A stretch of DNA of 64,000 nt from Tubulanus polymorphus (taxonomy: Eukaryota > Animalia > Nemertea), in contig NC_134027.1 in assembly GCF_964204645.1 (NCBI RefSeq), forward strand, positions 22,964,560 through 23,028,559. The letters are read 5' to 3'. The notes under the pieces are model-generated. The model ran no database searches, was not told the origin of the DNA, and saw only the letters and a list, made by a program, of their open reading frames with translations. Positions 40,301 through 61,366 of this stretch are shown one piece after another. The position numbers were made by a program, and so were the translations under genes. Positions within the stretch are counted from its first letter, which is position 1, and the number at the start of each line of letters is the position of its first letter.

Positions 40301-43300
40301 ATGGAAAATTTCAATATTTCCAAATAAATGATTGGGTAAAAGTGCTTTCTTGCATTTTTGGTTGGGGCATTAAGGGGCAATGGCCGCTCAAAAATGCCCC
40401 AGAATCATGGTCAATTTCACTTTATTTGTGTACAACGCTGAAATTTTAGTAACATAATCAACCTTTTTTTTAAAAAAAAACTTGCATACCCGGACAAAGT
40501 TTTAAAAGTATCTTTCTCTGTTCTGTTTTCACTGTCCTGATTGTAACCTTTTTATATTGGGGAAACTGGGAAGAATCAAGGAACATAAACGGGATGCTTT
40601 TAAGAGGGTGAAATTAGAAAGTTGGGGTAGTCCTCCATTCTTTGCAAATCGGGCATACTTTTGAATTCCCTGGAGTCAATATTGCTTTTCCAAACAACAA
40701 TCTCACTATAGACAACACATAGTAAGAATCCGCTTTTGATTTGTACTCATTCCGACCGCTCTGTCAAACTTAATAAAGGTTTCAGCCCCCATTACATCTG
40801 TTTTTCAAAATATGTCAGTACTCCAGTCCCCATTACTTAATGTGGAGTGATTCGTATCTTATTTCATGCATAGACAATGTATTTATGTACATGCGCTGTG
40901 TTTTATTTTGCAAGTCATTTTAGACTGAAGGAGGGTAATATTTCATACATTCGAAGTCAACTTTTTAGCTATCAATTCATTTATTGTGGGATTATACTCT
41001 TATCGTTTTATCACGGTTATTTTGTGATCTACAACGGATTCATGTTAATGTATTAATTTTGATGTGGATGATTTCTTTTAAATTGCCAAAATCTATAATG
41101 TAGCAGACGCCGCATTGAAAATGAACGACCGAAACCCCCGTGGTTTTCAATATAGTTTCATATTTACAGCACCCCCGAGTGGACCAGACCTAACATCTCA
41201 ACCAAACACCGCCATCAACAACATCGTCACAGTACAGGAGAATTCACCATTAACAATCACATGTGACGGTTCACAGTCTGGAGCTACAGGACTGACGTAT
41301 AAATGGAGTGGTGCCAATCTATCAGGACAGTCTAATAATAAACTCAGTTTTACACGAATCAGTAAAACTGATTCAGGTGTTTATACATGTAACGTATCGA
41401 ATATAGCGGGATCAGTTGCTGGTAATATTACTATCATAGTTCTATGTAAGTATTACGTTAAGATAGATGAACACACGTGATTTACCTAGTATTCATATTA
41501 GGCAATTTGTAACAGAAATTTGTTGGAAATAACCCAGTCAATGGATTCAAAGGAGTTCGTTTTTCAAATCTGTGTTTCGTCGATTTCGTTAAAGAAACGA
41601 AATATGTATAGGTACCTACCTATATCTGCGTCGAATGCTGAGGAAAATGCGCGTGACTCCTTTACGGATTTTATTATGAAGTGTATTTAGTAGGCTGAAT
41701 TATGTTAAAGTTTCTATCCTTATCAAATGACATTTTGTCACATCGGGATAAAGCAATTATCTAGAATAATGAGATAGGCAAGAAAATATCAGATTACCAC
41801 AAAATATTAATCTAAACGCGTTTATCCTTTAACCACGGACTCTTCTCAGGCATATATTACCCTATTCAATCGGGTGTGTTCTAGACCCCTTATGTCCCAT
41901 TAATAATAACAGATATACATATTTCATTCAAATGAATCTTCCCATCGATCGATATTCACCATATTTTCTCTCTACATGAAGTCTATTCGATACGATTGTA
42001 ATCGGGTGAGACGCGGCTTTGAAAAATATGCGGCAGTTTACCAGCGAACCGGAACAATTAAAATATCAATAACGTACGAGAAATTTAAATCATGCGAATG
42101 CATTGTTGGACTTGACTCGATACTTCATATTTTATATGTATTTGAATGAGAGAAATAACTCCGTAAAAAGCTTCATGCAAAAGCTTATGCTTGGAATAAA
42201 TATGATTTTTTAATGCATTTCAAAAGAATCTGGGCCGGTAATTTTAATATGAAATTGTACAGAATAATCTGTTGCTGTTGTACATATAACTCATCGATCG
42301 AGATAATCGCTTTTTGACCCTTTTAATTTCAGATCCGCCAAGTAGTCTTATATTACAAGGACCGACGTCACCCGTTCAGGAATCTGCATCTGTTAACGTA
42401 AAGTGTACAGCTACAGGGGGTAACCCGGTACCGAACCTCGCCATTACTAGAATACCAGGGGGCAGCACTGTCAAACAGGGAATAAGCCCTCTAACATATT
42501 CAACATCCGCCACTAAAACAGATAACCAGGCAGAATATCAATGTACAGCTACTGGGGCTGGTTTACCAACACCAATGATTTCAAATAAAGTTAGATTAAC
42601 TGTCAACTGTAAGTACTGCAGATATTTTACAAATTACTCGTTATTCCCATGAAGTAACTGCGGTTCTATTTTTGACATAATTTTGTTTCGTCAACACACA
42701 CGGATTTTGACAATATCGAGAACAAATGATTTCTAGTTCAAGCAACAACGCTGACGATGATGAAGAAACCGGCAGATAATGTATTAGTAAACGATAATCA
42801 ACAGATAGAGTGTAGAACTGACTCGTCAAACCCGGCTGTACAGATTCAGTGGTTCACATATTCCTTTACAACATGGAAACCACTTGTCTCTCAACCAGCT
42901 ACGAGTCAAACTAGTGCAGCCAATCACGGGTTTGTGGCTACTAGCGCATTATCTATTACTGCAACTAAATCTATAAATCAAGCTCGATACAGATGTCAAA
43001 CTGGAAATCTTTACAAGGATACAACGATTACCGTTTACTGTAAGTTTAAAATACATTAGTTCTAAAATATATTATTTCAGATCATTCGAAAATATTTTGC
43101 ACCGAATTAATTACCAAATGAAACCTGTTTCTAAACTACACGTAGAGGTTCATTAATGAGAGTGAATTGAGAATTTATATGAAATTCGTTCTATTTTGAA
43201 TCATGACGTTTCGGCTTCAATTCTTCAATTTTTTTCCGCTAGCAAAATATTTTTCTCGTCCATTTCAGATCCGCCAAGCAGTGTTGCATTACAAGGACCG

Positions 43301-46300
43301 ACGTCACCAGTTCGGGATTCCACTTCCGTTGACTTCACGTGTACAGCTACAGGGGGTAACCCGGTACCGAACCTGCTAATATCTAGAACACCAGTTGATG
43401 GCAGCACTGTGAAACAGGGAGTTAGTCCTCTAACATATTCAACATCCGTCACTAAAACAGATAACCAGGCAAAATATCAATGTACAGCTACTGGGGCTGG
43501 TATACCAACACCAATGATTTCTAATAAATTCGTATTAACTGTCAACTGTAAGTACTGTACATTGTTTACAAATTACTCGTAACCTCGTGAAGTTAATTTG
43601 GTTCTATTTTTGTCATGATTTTGTTTCGTCAACATCCTTGGATTTTGATAATATTGAAACAAATTATTTCTAGTTCAAGCAACATCACTGACAATGGTGA
43701 AGAAACCGGCAGATCGTGTATTATTTAACAATAATCAACAGATGGAGTGTAAAACTGACTCGTCAAACCCGGCTGTACAGATTCAGTGGTTCATATATTC
43801 CTCCACCACATGGACAGCACTTGTCTCTCAACCAACTACGAGTCAAACTAGTGCAGCCTATCACGGGTTTATGGCTACTAGCGCATTATCTATTACTGCA
43901 ACTAAATCTATGAATCAGGCTCAATACAGATGTCAAACTGGAAATCTGTACAAAGATACAACAATTACCGTTCACTGTAAGTATGAAACGCTATTTCAGA
44001 TATCAAATGAAGTGTTGTAGATTGTTGTTCATATAAATGCCCTTTCCCTGAATGGCTAATGAAGGAGCGTGAATTTAAATATTTGTTTATAGTTCCACCA
44101 GAATCAATGACACTGACTGAAATTCCAAACGGTCCAGTTGTTGAAGGAACATCTAAAACTCTGACGTGTACAACTGACTCCAGTAACCCGGTGTCGACAA
44201 TTTTGTGGGCGTACAGCTCTGGGGCGACAACATGGATAAATATTTCACCCAACCCAGCAGTAAATCATAAACCCGGATCTCACAGTGGACAGATATCTAC
44301 TAGTAGTCTAGTAGTATCAACTGATAAGGATAAGAATGGAAGACAATATAGATGTACAGCTTATCAGAACAGTCATCCCGTTAATGGTGTCGACAACTCC
44401 ACGACATTGTCTGTATTGTGCAAGTGTAGAATAGCGCTTGTGATGTGTTTTAACGGTTATACATTCATTTGAGTCGGAAAACCAACAAATGCGCTGTATT
44501 TACAATAAACGTCACTTCATTGAAACAAATTATCTTCCAGTCCAACATACCAAGATTTAGACAATATTGAAAACAAATTATGCTTAAGTGAAGAAACGCG
44601 CCGATTATGTATTATTAAACAATAGTCAACAGATCGAGTGTAAAACCAGACTTTACTGAATCAGTGTTTCATTGATTAGCCTTTACTTTGATAAATACTT
44701 AGTCTTACGTTGAAACATCAGCTAAATGTTACGTCAAATCGTGTAATGTCGGCTGTAAATAATTCATGCCCTTCACTCAGGACTCAGTGAATGTACAGTT
44801 TTGAGGTTATAGGAATACAGTAGTTTTTTATGACCTTCCTCCTCACTAACGGGGCATATAATGTTCACGTTAATCATTTGATCCCCGCAACGACCTATTA
44901 AGAAATACGAATTCCGCAACTAAGAGGGGCGAATCTATGCACGATTACGGGGTTCCGACTCTATTCCTCATTGTATGTTACGATAGAAGAACTGACATGC
45001 GCAGTTAGAATAAATTCTGTACACAGTTACAGCCTTCCCGCTCTGGGCGAGTCTACATAGTTCATGCAATCTGGATGTAATCATGGCTATGAAAATGAAT
45101 CAATTCTGACTTAAAAATACGACGGCGTCCTAGGGACATTAATTTATTTTTTATTTTCACTTTTCCGGCCATAATTATCTGCGCGTTTAGAAAGGCGCAG
45201 AAAAGTCCGTCATATTTATCTGCGCGTTTACAAAGAAGCAGAAAATACGAAATATTTATCTGCGCGTTTAGAAAGCCGCAATATTTATCTGCGCGTTTAC
45301 ATGTATAAATATTTCGAACTTTTCAGCGCTTTTGTAAACACGCAAATAATTATGGCCGGAAAAGTGAAAATAAAAAATAGATTAATGTCTCTAGGACGCC
45401 GTCGTATAAAACAGTGCCGACGGACGGACCATTGCGTATGTCAGTGTATATCAGCAGTGTTTACTTCCTACTGAGGTGTGGCGCATGCGTGATTCGGTAC
45501 ATCGGTATCAGGAACATAGACTGGATGCCTTGTCTTTTCAAACGGACTGCAAATGCAAGTTGCCCTGATTCGACAGGCAACCAATCTATCGGGGAAAAGC
45601 GATTACACTGGTTCTGTGGTCTCTTATTAGACAAGTTTCTAATCGAAAATAGAGACCGAAAACCAGCTTATCAATACACAGTCGTACTGCCTACGACCTT
45701 GAAATATGGCGTAGTAAGAAAAAATGTTGTTAGTATATCCGTACAGTTTTTCCCTCTTGTGTCAAAAAGCCGATATTACACGAGCTGACGTTGCATTAAG
45801 ACATTTTGACGATAGACTATTTCATTTTATCAAAGTACAGACAGATAGACGAAACGCTGATTTTTGGCAGATATGACCGCTCACATAAATGTGTGTAAAT
45901 TCGAGATAATTTTTCCCTTCATTTCAGACCCGCCAAGTAATGTTACATTACTAGGACCGACGTCACCCGTTCAGGAATCCGCACCCGTTTCCTTAACGTG
46001 TACAGCTACAGGGAGTAACCCGGTACCGAACCTGGCCATAACTAGAACACCAGGGGGCAGCACTGTGAAACAGGGAGTTACTCCTCTAACATATTCAACA
46101 TCCGTCACTAAAACAGATAACCAGGCAGAATATCAATGTACAGCTACTGGGGCTAGTATACCAACACCAATGATTTCAAATAAAGTCATATTAACTGTCA
46201 ACTGTAAGTACCCGGATTGTTTTTAATCTAAATCACTCGTTATTCTCATGCAGTAAATTAAAATACTATTTGGTTCCAAACAACCGTTACGTCCTCAGGA

Positions 46301-49300
46301 ATTTGTATTTATCTATGTCAATTCAAAATTTAGTTCAAGCAACAGCACTGACAATGGCGAAGAAACCGAAAGATTATGTATCAGTAAACAATAATCAACA
46401 TACAGAGTGTAAAACTGACTCGTCAAACCCGGCTGTACAGATTCAGTGGTTCATATATTTCTCTACAACATGGACATTACTTGTCTCCCAACCAGCTACG
46501 AGTCAAACTACTGCAGACAATCACGGGTTGGTGGCTACTAGTACATTATCTATTACTGCGACTAAAACCATGAATCAGGCTCGATACAGGTGTCAAACTG
46601 GAAATCTTTACAAAGATACAACAATTACTGTTTACTGTAAGAGAAAAGCACTTTTTCTTTCAATGACCGTCAATTAGATAACAATAAATAAATAGCTTTA
46701 TTATCATATCTGTAGTTCCACCAGAGTCAATAACATTGACTGAAATTCCAAACGGTCCAGTTGTTCAAGGTACATCAAAAACTCTGACGTGTACAACTGA
46801 CTCCAGTAACCCGGTGTCTACAATTATGTGGGCGTACAGCTCTGGGACGACAACGTGGACAGATATTTCACCCAACCCAGCAGTACATCATAAACCCGGA
46901 TCTCACAGTGGACAGACATCTACTTGTAATCTAGTAGTATCAACTGATAAGGATAAGAATGGAAGACAATACAGATGTACAGCTTATCAGAACAGTCAAC
47001 CTGTTAACGGTGTCACCAAATCCACGACATTGTCTATATTGTGTAAGTGTCAAATTGTGTAAAAGTCAATTTGTTTTCTTTAAACATCTATTGTGCAGAA
47101 ATGAGATGTAATCGAACCCGCTTCGTCCGAGGTCTCTGATTATTGAGGCAATGAAATGAAAAATTATCTTTTAACTATGTTAAACATAGAAGTTAGTGTA
47201 TATCAAATGGTTGGATATCGATCGAATCCACGAATGATCATTTCTCACAGAAACATTATCAAAAACTGATTGCAGTAAAAACTGAAATGATTATATACAA
47301 GTGAATTTTACTTCATCTATCTGTGATATCTTATTGCCGATGTCCGCTGTAAACAACCAGCATATACCCTTTTACGAGAGCGTATTGGGGACATTATTAC
47401 TTTACATACATCGCAGGAAAACATTTTCAATAAGTGATCTATATTTTCTAAAATTCTATTCCAAGTTAGTTACTAAATGGAATGAAATTCCTTATAGTTT
47501 TAGTACAACTGGTATAACTTCATTTGAATTATTACATTCTTTCATATCTAAAGTGCTGATAAAAATTACTCTTGTAGCAACAAGAAAATATCTATTTTGT
47601 ATACACTAGACACAACATAACATATTTAGTTCAATTCTATAATAGATGCACCACAGCTTTCTTCACAAGTCGGACCAATTGCCGCAAATATAGGAGAAAG
47701 TGCTAGGTTTACGATAAACTACAATGCGAATCCGCGAGCGACAACTTTATATTGCAGTCCCGATTCAAGAAATGGCAGACGTTTAATGAAAAATACCGGT
47801 TTAACGCAGTGGGATGTCATCATACAATCAGTTCAGGCGTCTGATTATGGATCTTATTCGTGTAGACTCAATAATTCAGTTGGTAGCGCAGAAATAACAC
47901 TGAAACTGACGGAAACTGGTAAGTAGGCCTACGATGTGCTTTTTCGGATATGACATTTTTTAGAGATTCACGGTCACTTGCACTATTTGCTAACCTAGAA
48001 ATCTAATGAGATCTGCGGATATCGATTGCAGCCTAAAACCTGTTTTCAAAGAAAGTTCTCTTAGTCCTTCATCAACTTCATTCAACGCCACATGCCCATC
48101 ATCATACGTATATTTTTGCTTCTTTTTATTCCAGGAACTCCACAAACACCGTCAAATCTGTCAGTTATTGCAAAAACTGCGGTATCTGTGACGCTGAGTT
48201 GGGTGTCTGAATTTGAGGGTGCCGCCAAACAAACGTTCACCGTCAGAAGTAGGGCTTCGGATTCCACACAATTCGTGAACAAAGCTGAAATACCCGACCC
48301 AGGTTATAGAAAACTTGTACAAACAAAAATAACCGGATTAAAACCAGCAACTGATTATCAGTTCAAAGTGAAAAGTGTCAACTCAAATCCTGGTGATAAT
48401 ACGAGTCCTTTTACTGATATAGTTACAACTAGAACAAATGGTAAGATTTGTAGCTAACGTCAATTGGTCAGCTTTCTAAGACACGCATGAGTCTATCTAT
48501 CCTTAAGCGCGGTAGATTTCTTAAATGTAAATTTCTCAATTCGTTAAGAAATTCTGTTTATTATCGTCACTGGAGAAAACGCACGTCCTTGATCCTGATC
48601 GCTAGAGTCCTTCCTCAACCTTTAGTTTTCAAAATAACGGCTTTTCCTTCTTATTTATTTAATTGACGGATTGATTTTGTTCTGATTTGAATTTCGTATC
48701 CGTTGTCGACTCACCACGTCTACGGAGAACGAACAGGGTGTTTAATTTCGAAATCGGAATCGAAGTACACAAAAGTCGGCGAATCGGTCGATTTACATGA
48801 TTTCTTTTAAATCAAAGTACGCAATTTCGGTTCAAGTTAGTTGTTCGAACAATCTTCCAATCCGCAGCCTAAACCAGCAAGCTAATACTGGTTAGCGTCA
48901 ATCTCAATCGCGGGCTCAATATTTGAAAATAACCATACCATATAGGGCTGACGATCAAATTTCTCAGTTTTTAGTTTTAGCGGCTAGTGGGATGGGCAGC
49001 TTTAAACGCGTTCCTGATAAGACAGCAGTGATATATGCATGTGCATTTTCTATTTACACGAATGTTTTAAAGAAAGAAAAAGAAATCTGAAATAAATTTC
49101 TCATTTTCAGCAATTCCAAGTGCTATGAACCTTATATTGAAACAAGCCACCATAACACGAGATGGAAATCTTGTCTTGATAAGATTACCGTCGTTTCCGT
49201 CAAAGAAGTACCGCGTCTACGTGGAATACTGTATCGAAAATACAAACCGATGTAATTCTACGAAACCGATAGAAATTACCGATGGTTTCATTAGTATAAC

Positions 49301-51301
49301 AATTAACATCGATTCTGCCCGTGCGTACAGTTACAAACTGATGGTAACTGAAAGTAATGACGTCATTGCGAGCCATGAGGTTAAATTGGAAGAAGGTACC
49401 GGTGCGATTAATGATTAATTTTATTAATGTTAATGATATTCGGTGGTTTTTTACGTTCTGCCTAATTCACCATATCAGTTAATTTCTGGTTTTTTACCAT
49501 TTGGAGAAGCAATGGAAATTATCACTGTGTCAGATTATGGTGGCTGATTCGGGCCATGTAATAAAGAAATCACAAACGTTACAAATTTTTTTTTTGCAGA
49601 CGCTTAAAAGTCGTTTCATTGCGCAATAAAACGAAAATTACCACGTTAAAACGAGAAATTACCGCGATAAAACAAGAAAAAGTCGTTTTATCGCGCGAAA
49701 AAACGACTTTTTCTCGTTTTAACGCGGTAATTTTCGTTTTATCGCGCTATTTTTCGTTTTAACGTGGCAATAAAACGAAAAAGTTCGTTTTATCGCGCAA
49801 TGAAGTGACTTTTTCTCGTTTTAACGCGGTAATTTTCGTTTTAACATGGTAAATTTTGTTTTATTGCACGCCATAAAACGACTTTTAGGCGTCTATAAAA
49901 AAAAAAGAAATTGCACAATTTGTGATATCAGCCACCTTAGTCAGATGCTGGTAGTTATTTTGTTTATGCGCAATGTTTCAGTTAATCAATTACTTTAGCT
50001 TGTCAGCATTATTCAAATGTTCTTAATACTTCGGTACATCATCTTTACAGATGATGGCAAGTGGACTGTCGCTTCGTTAGTTCCGCTGATGATTGCTGGT
50101 GTTATTCTTGGTAGCATTGCGTTTTCTCTGGTGTTAATCTTAATGATCGTACTTCAAATAAATCTACTCAGAAATAGAGGTTGCTCCTTCATTAACAAAT
50201 CAAGAGAACCGTGAGTTGTTTTTAAGCTATTTCCTAACTGTGTGTGTCCTACCCGTACAATATGCCATCTTTTTGAATGATCTAGGTAGAATGGCAATGC
50301 CACCCAATGCTTTAGAATTTGTACAAAACATCAAAAGCGATGCAGTTTTAAAAATAAATGTCATTAAATCCATTGACGAACTTATAGATTTTGAAAATAA
50401 TTTGATTTTCTTAATTAAATAAAACGCCAAATTCAAGATACTTAAAAAACCAGGATGTCATGAATAGACTCGAAACTAGCGGTACATGTCACACCACGAC
50501 GAGATTCGAATCCCATAATCTCCTTGAACCGAACATCCCGGCATCGGCGAAAGTTACAAGTTTATTTTCGGAAGTTGGAATTGATATGTCACTAATGCTT
50601 TGAAATCCTTTCATTTCAGAGAGACTGGAGAATCGACAGTTGGTAAATGATAGCTTAAAGTAGAACTAGAGTTATATATAATTCAAGGAAAAATAAATCA
50701 TAATCAAAATTATAATTATCAGTAGAATAACAGGGTTGGTAAAGATGTTATCCATTTTGAAAATACACTATTAAAAAAGCAGATTACAATCTAATATATG
50801 TTTTATCTTATTGATTATATCATTATTGCTGAAATGATTTTGTATCATTTCAGTTTATTCTAACAGTAATGAAGCCCGCCGTGACACAGACTCGCGTATG
50901 TATATTCGATGCATTTTACTCATACCTTCCCATCTCCCAGTGAAATTGATTTACCATTAAGATAATTCGTCTTTCAGACTCTTACGCCGCGGCAACGCCG
51001 TACGTGAATGTGGCTTTTAGCGGTAAGTCAATTGTTATTATTTTATCAATTTACTCATACATACGTGAATGACTCATACATAAGTGAATGACAACATTCG
51101 AAACGGAATACTAAGAGACTTCATTACATAAGGCTTAGATGTTATCGACATTTGTTTCAACTATATTTCCTACCTTAGCTCCGTGGCCGCCATATCTTTT
51201 CGGGATAAGAATAATTTTTATCATCTGTGTTCATTTCTTTTCCTTCATTGTAAGCAGAGTCAATAGATGATCCGAATCCATATGAAGAAGTCAGGAACTA
51301 G
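37351..51301 (+). CDS. IgSF receptor copy D: SP + V-Ig + 10 Ig + FN3 + spacer + TM + short Tyr tail; frameshift/stop at the end of the V exon
   Basis: Exons: 37351-37362 MYGK; 37694-37745 signal; V 38671-39014 (stop at 39009-39011); Ig 41170-41445, 42333-42608, 42737-43039, 43269-43547, 43674-43976, 44093-44419 (GC donor), 45928-46203, 46334-46636, 46716-47042, 47646-47918; FN3 48135-48440; spacer 49111-49395; TM 50051-50210; tail 50620-50642, 50854-50895, 50978-51022, 51258-51301 (..NPYEEVRN*). Confidence 0.85.
38671..39014 (+). CDS. V-type Ig exon of copy D (ends in a stop 3 nt before the donor)
   Basis: ORF 38658-39011; aligns to the V exons of C and E; ATT-AT-GTA-AGA-G|gt is 1 nt short of the paralog pattern. 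Confidence 0.8.
39150..41060 (+). mobile_element. Degenerate Penelope-like retroelement with inverted pLTR in the V-Ig2 intron of D
   Basis: RT remnants QFDGIFFAQ (about 39800), PLLWRSYVDYIL (about 39918, YVDD-like) and PFLDVLIQN..GFSVFRK (about 40062-40125). The terminal segment gtcattttagactgaag.agggt occurs direct at about 40915 and inverted at about 39315-39340. Confidence 0.7.
45118..45406. mobile_element. Same MITE, shorter form with internal tandem repeats (atatttatctgcgcgttta)
   Basis: Same TIRs and same insertion site as 27441-28125. Confidence 0.8.
49536..49939. mobile_element. MITE with a 7-bp TSD and internal ttttcgtttta(t/a)cgcg repeats
   Basis: Ends tatggtggctgat / atcagccacctta; gtcagat at 49529-49535 and 49940-49946; inner IR agacgc.taaaagtcgttt. 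Confidence 0.75.
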
Positions 51302-53302
51302 CAAAACAGAATACTAATGACCAGCCGGAACTTCTTATTGGGGCAGATACAGCACGTGCTTTCACCGACAATACATGACCTTTGTATGCTGGGAATGGAT
51401 TCCAGTTTGCTCCGCCAAGTTAACTGCTGAAGGAGTTTGTCTTGTCTCCAGAATCCCATCGAATATATTACAAAACGACTACGAAAAGTTAATTAACAAG
51501 CTAAACTAGACCCGGTGCAACGAGGAATAGGTCTTGTTGGTGATGCCGATTCCGATGGTTCGTTGATGCAACGAAGTTCGAATTCCTGCGAGTGAAGTTC
51601 AATTTTTTTTTTTCAAATTGCGAGCGAAATCCGTGAAAATATCTGACGATTGTGTCCTCGTTTATTATCGTGCTAACTTTAACAAGTATTATTTAAGATG
51701 TAGTTTACTACTATCTATATGTAATGCGTACAAGTAAATGATTTGATCAATTTTTTCAGCCGCTTCTTTTTTTATGATATCATGATCAATGTGATTTTAT
51801 TTCAATTCATGTAATTCTTACAATATTTGACAAATCAACCGTATATTATATGATATAACTTAATACTCTGCGTAAACATAGTCCCATAGATAATGTAAGC
51901 ATATTAGATGAAAATTGGCTTTGGGGCAATAGTAGCGTGTACAAATGGAAACAGCTGTTAGAAAAAGAAAGAAAATATGAGGCCAGAAATTGATACCTTG
52001 TTTCTCCGCTCTGCTTAACTTCAAAGTTGACCCGGCCGGCCGCCTATTTGCCCTGTAAATTACTTTTTTAAATCATGATCAATTTTAGCTATAAATGCGC
52101 TGATAACGAATTTAATTGCATTTTACAAAATGACCCGGCCGATTAAGAGAATCAAGGTATGATTTCTGTTTAGCCTCAGGAAATACGGGGATTTTTCGTT
52201 AAACGTAAAATTAAGAGGGATGTATCTTATTTTTAGAATTTGACATTCAACTAACCATGATTTGACAAATAAGAAGTGAACATTTGATTGAAGCTTAAAT
52301 GTTTAAGAGAAAAGAAAGGGAATTTACGTTATTTGTTATTCTGAATTGACAGGTTTTTTTTCTGTAAATCATCTATTTATTTTTTTCAACGAATTGAATC
52401 ATGTTTTTTGCTTGTATCTCTTTATACTGTTGATATCGCATTGCTATATAACCCATGTTAGTCGCATATCTAAGCGGAAATTGGGATGATTATAATCATT
52501 TTAGCAAATGGATGAGTTAATTAAAAGCAATCGCCACGCAATTTATACCAAATTGTATTTTTTTCTAATCATTTTCTTTATGGATGTTATACTTTGTAGA
52601 ATATATATTGTCTAGAAAAGAAAACCAATGCGTTGTCTTCATGTCATTCATTTTGGCGCCTCCGCTTAAACGACGAAAAACGTCCACTTTTTTCGGAAAA
52701 TACCTCATTTTCGTGCGTCGACACAGATTTCTAGAGAAAATTCGACGTCTTTGCTTTCGTTTTGGTGTTTTATTCGCATTCAGGCATTTTATTGTCCTAA
52801 TTTGCATGGGAATCATACGTATTATGTCCCCACATTGAAAATGCCTCTGTTTACAACAAAAATGCCTCCGGTGGAGCTGTGGATAAAAGTATGGCGAGGA
52901 TCGGGATCGCAAATTAAACGAATGGCAATAAAGTGTCAAATGGTAGTGACAGCGGTTGTGTTTGACTAAAATATATCAGGTGAGGTTATTTACTTATGCG
53001 ACGTTCCGGATAAATGGTGGCAGCAGATATAGATGCCAATGTGTATTTGTTCAAACATTCATTTTTGATTTATAGCCTCGATAATTCCTATTTTGTCAAT
53101 CCAATTCCCAGGCACGAATCAAAACATGCTTTCAAGTTCCGGAATTCTCTATTGCTATAAATACCAATCGCTTTAGTGTAACTTGCATAATACTTTGAAG
53201 TCACTCTTTTTTAATATATGTACATATCTATGTGACGAAATCTTGAAGTCGCTGAGTGAAAACTGTGCTTGCTTGATTTATGAGTTTTCTTTAGCAATCT
53301 CC

Positions 53303-60916
<7,614 letters not shown>

Positions 60917-61122
60917 CAGACGTTCAATCATAGGACGATATGCACTGACCAACAATACATCGAGCTCCTTTGTCGCAGTAAGCAAATCTTATAACAGTTG
61001 GTTTTGTTCGATGCATTGAGGATCGAATCTCGAGAAGGAAGCTTCTTGAAACATTTACGAAAGTTATCGGGATGTCTGCTTGTTAGTTAACTTGTGCACA
61101 AATGATTCATATAATTCAGCTT

Positions 61123-61366
61123 AACGAGAGAAATCCCACAATAACGAAGCGAAGATTGAAAAATTCTATATCAGAGTTAGCGACATTACGGCTATAACAA
61201 CTGTACTGGCTAACACCAGTACGCCCGATGATGGCTAACAGTTGTTAGCCGAAACGTCGCTCCTCAAATAAAATCACTCTGATATAGAATTTTTCAATCT
61301 TCGCTTCGTTATTGTGGGATTTCTCTCGTTATCATCATACACGGATATTGTCTATCTTCTCGTCTA
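61123..61366. mobile_element. Penelope-like terminal fragment with a 56-bp inverted repeat, hammerhead-like core and 12-bp TSD
   Basis: TSD ataattcagctt at 61111-61122 and 61367-61378; IR 61122-61177 / 61276-61331; ccgatga-tggctaacagttgttagcc-gaaacgtc at 61225-61258. Confidence 0.7.

Larger units (their letters stand above)
27050..45800. repeat. Large inverted repeat: arms about 27050-34260 and 39040-45800 around a spacer holding the two V exons and promoters
   Basis: C introns and exons are the reverse complement of D introns and exons, including the shared Penelope-like and MITE insertions. Confidence 0.85.
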
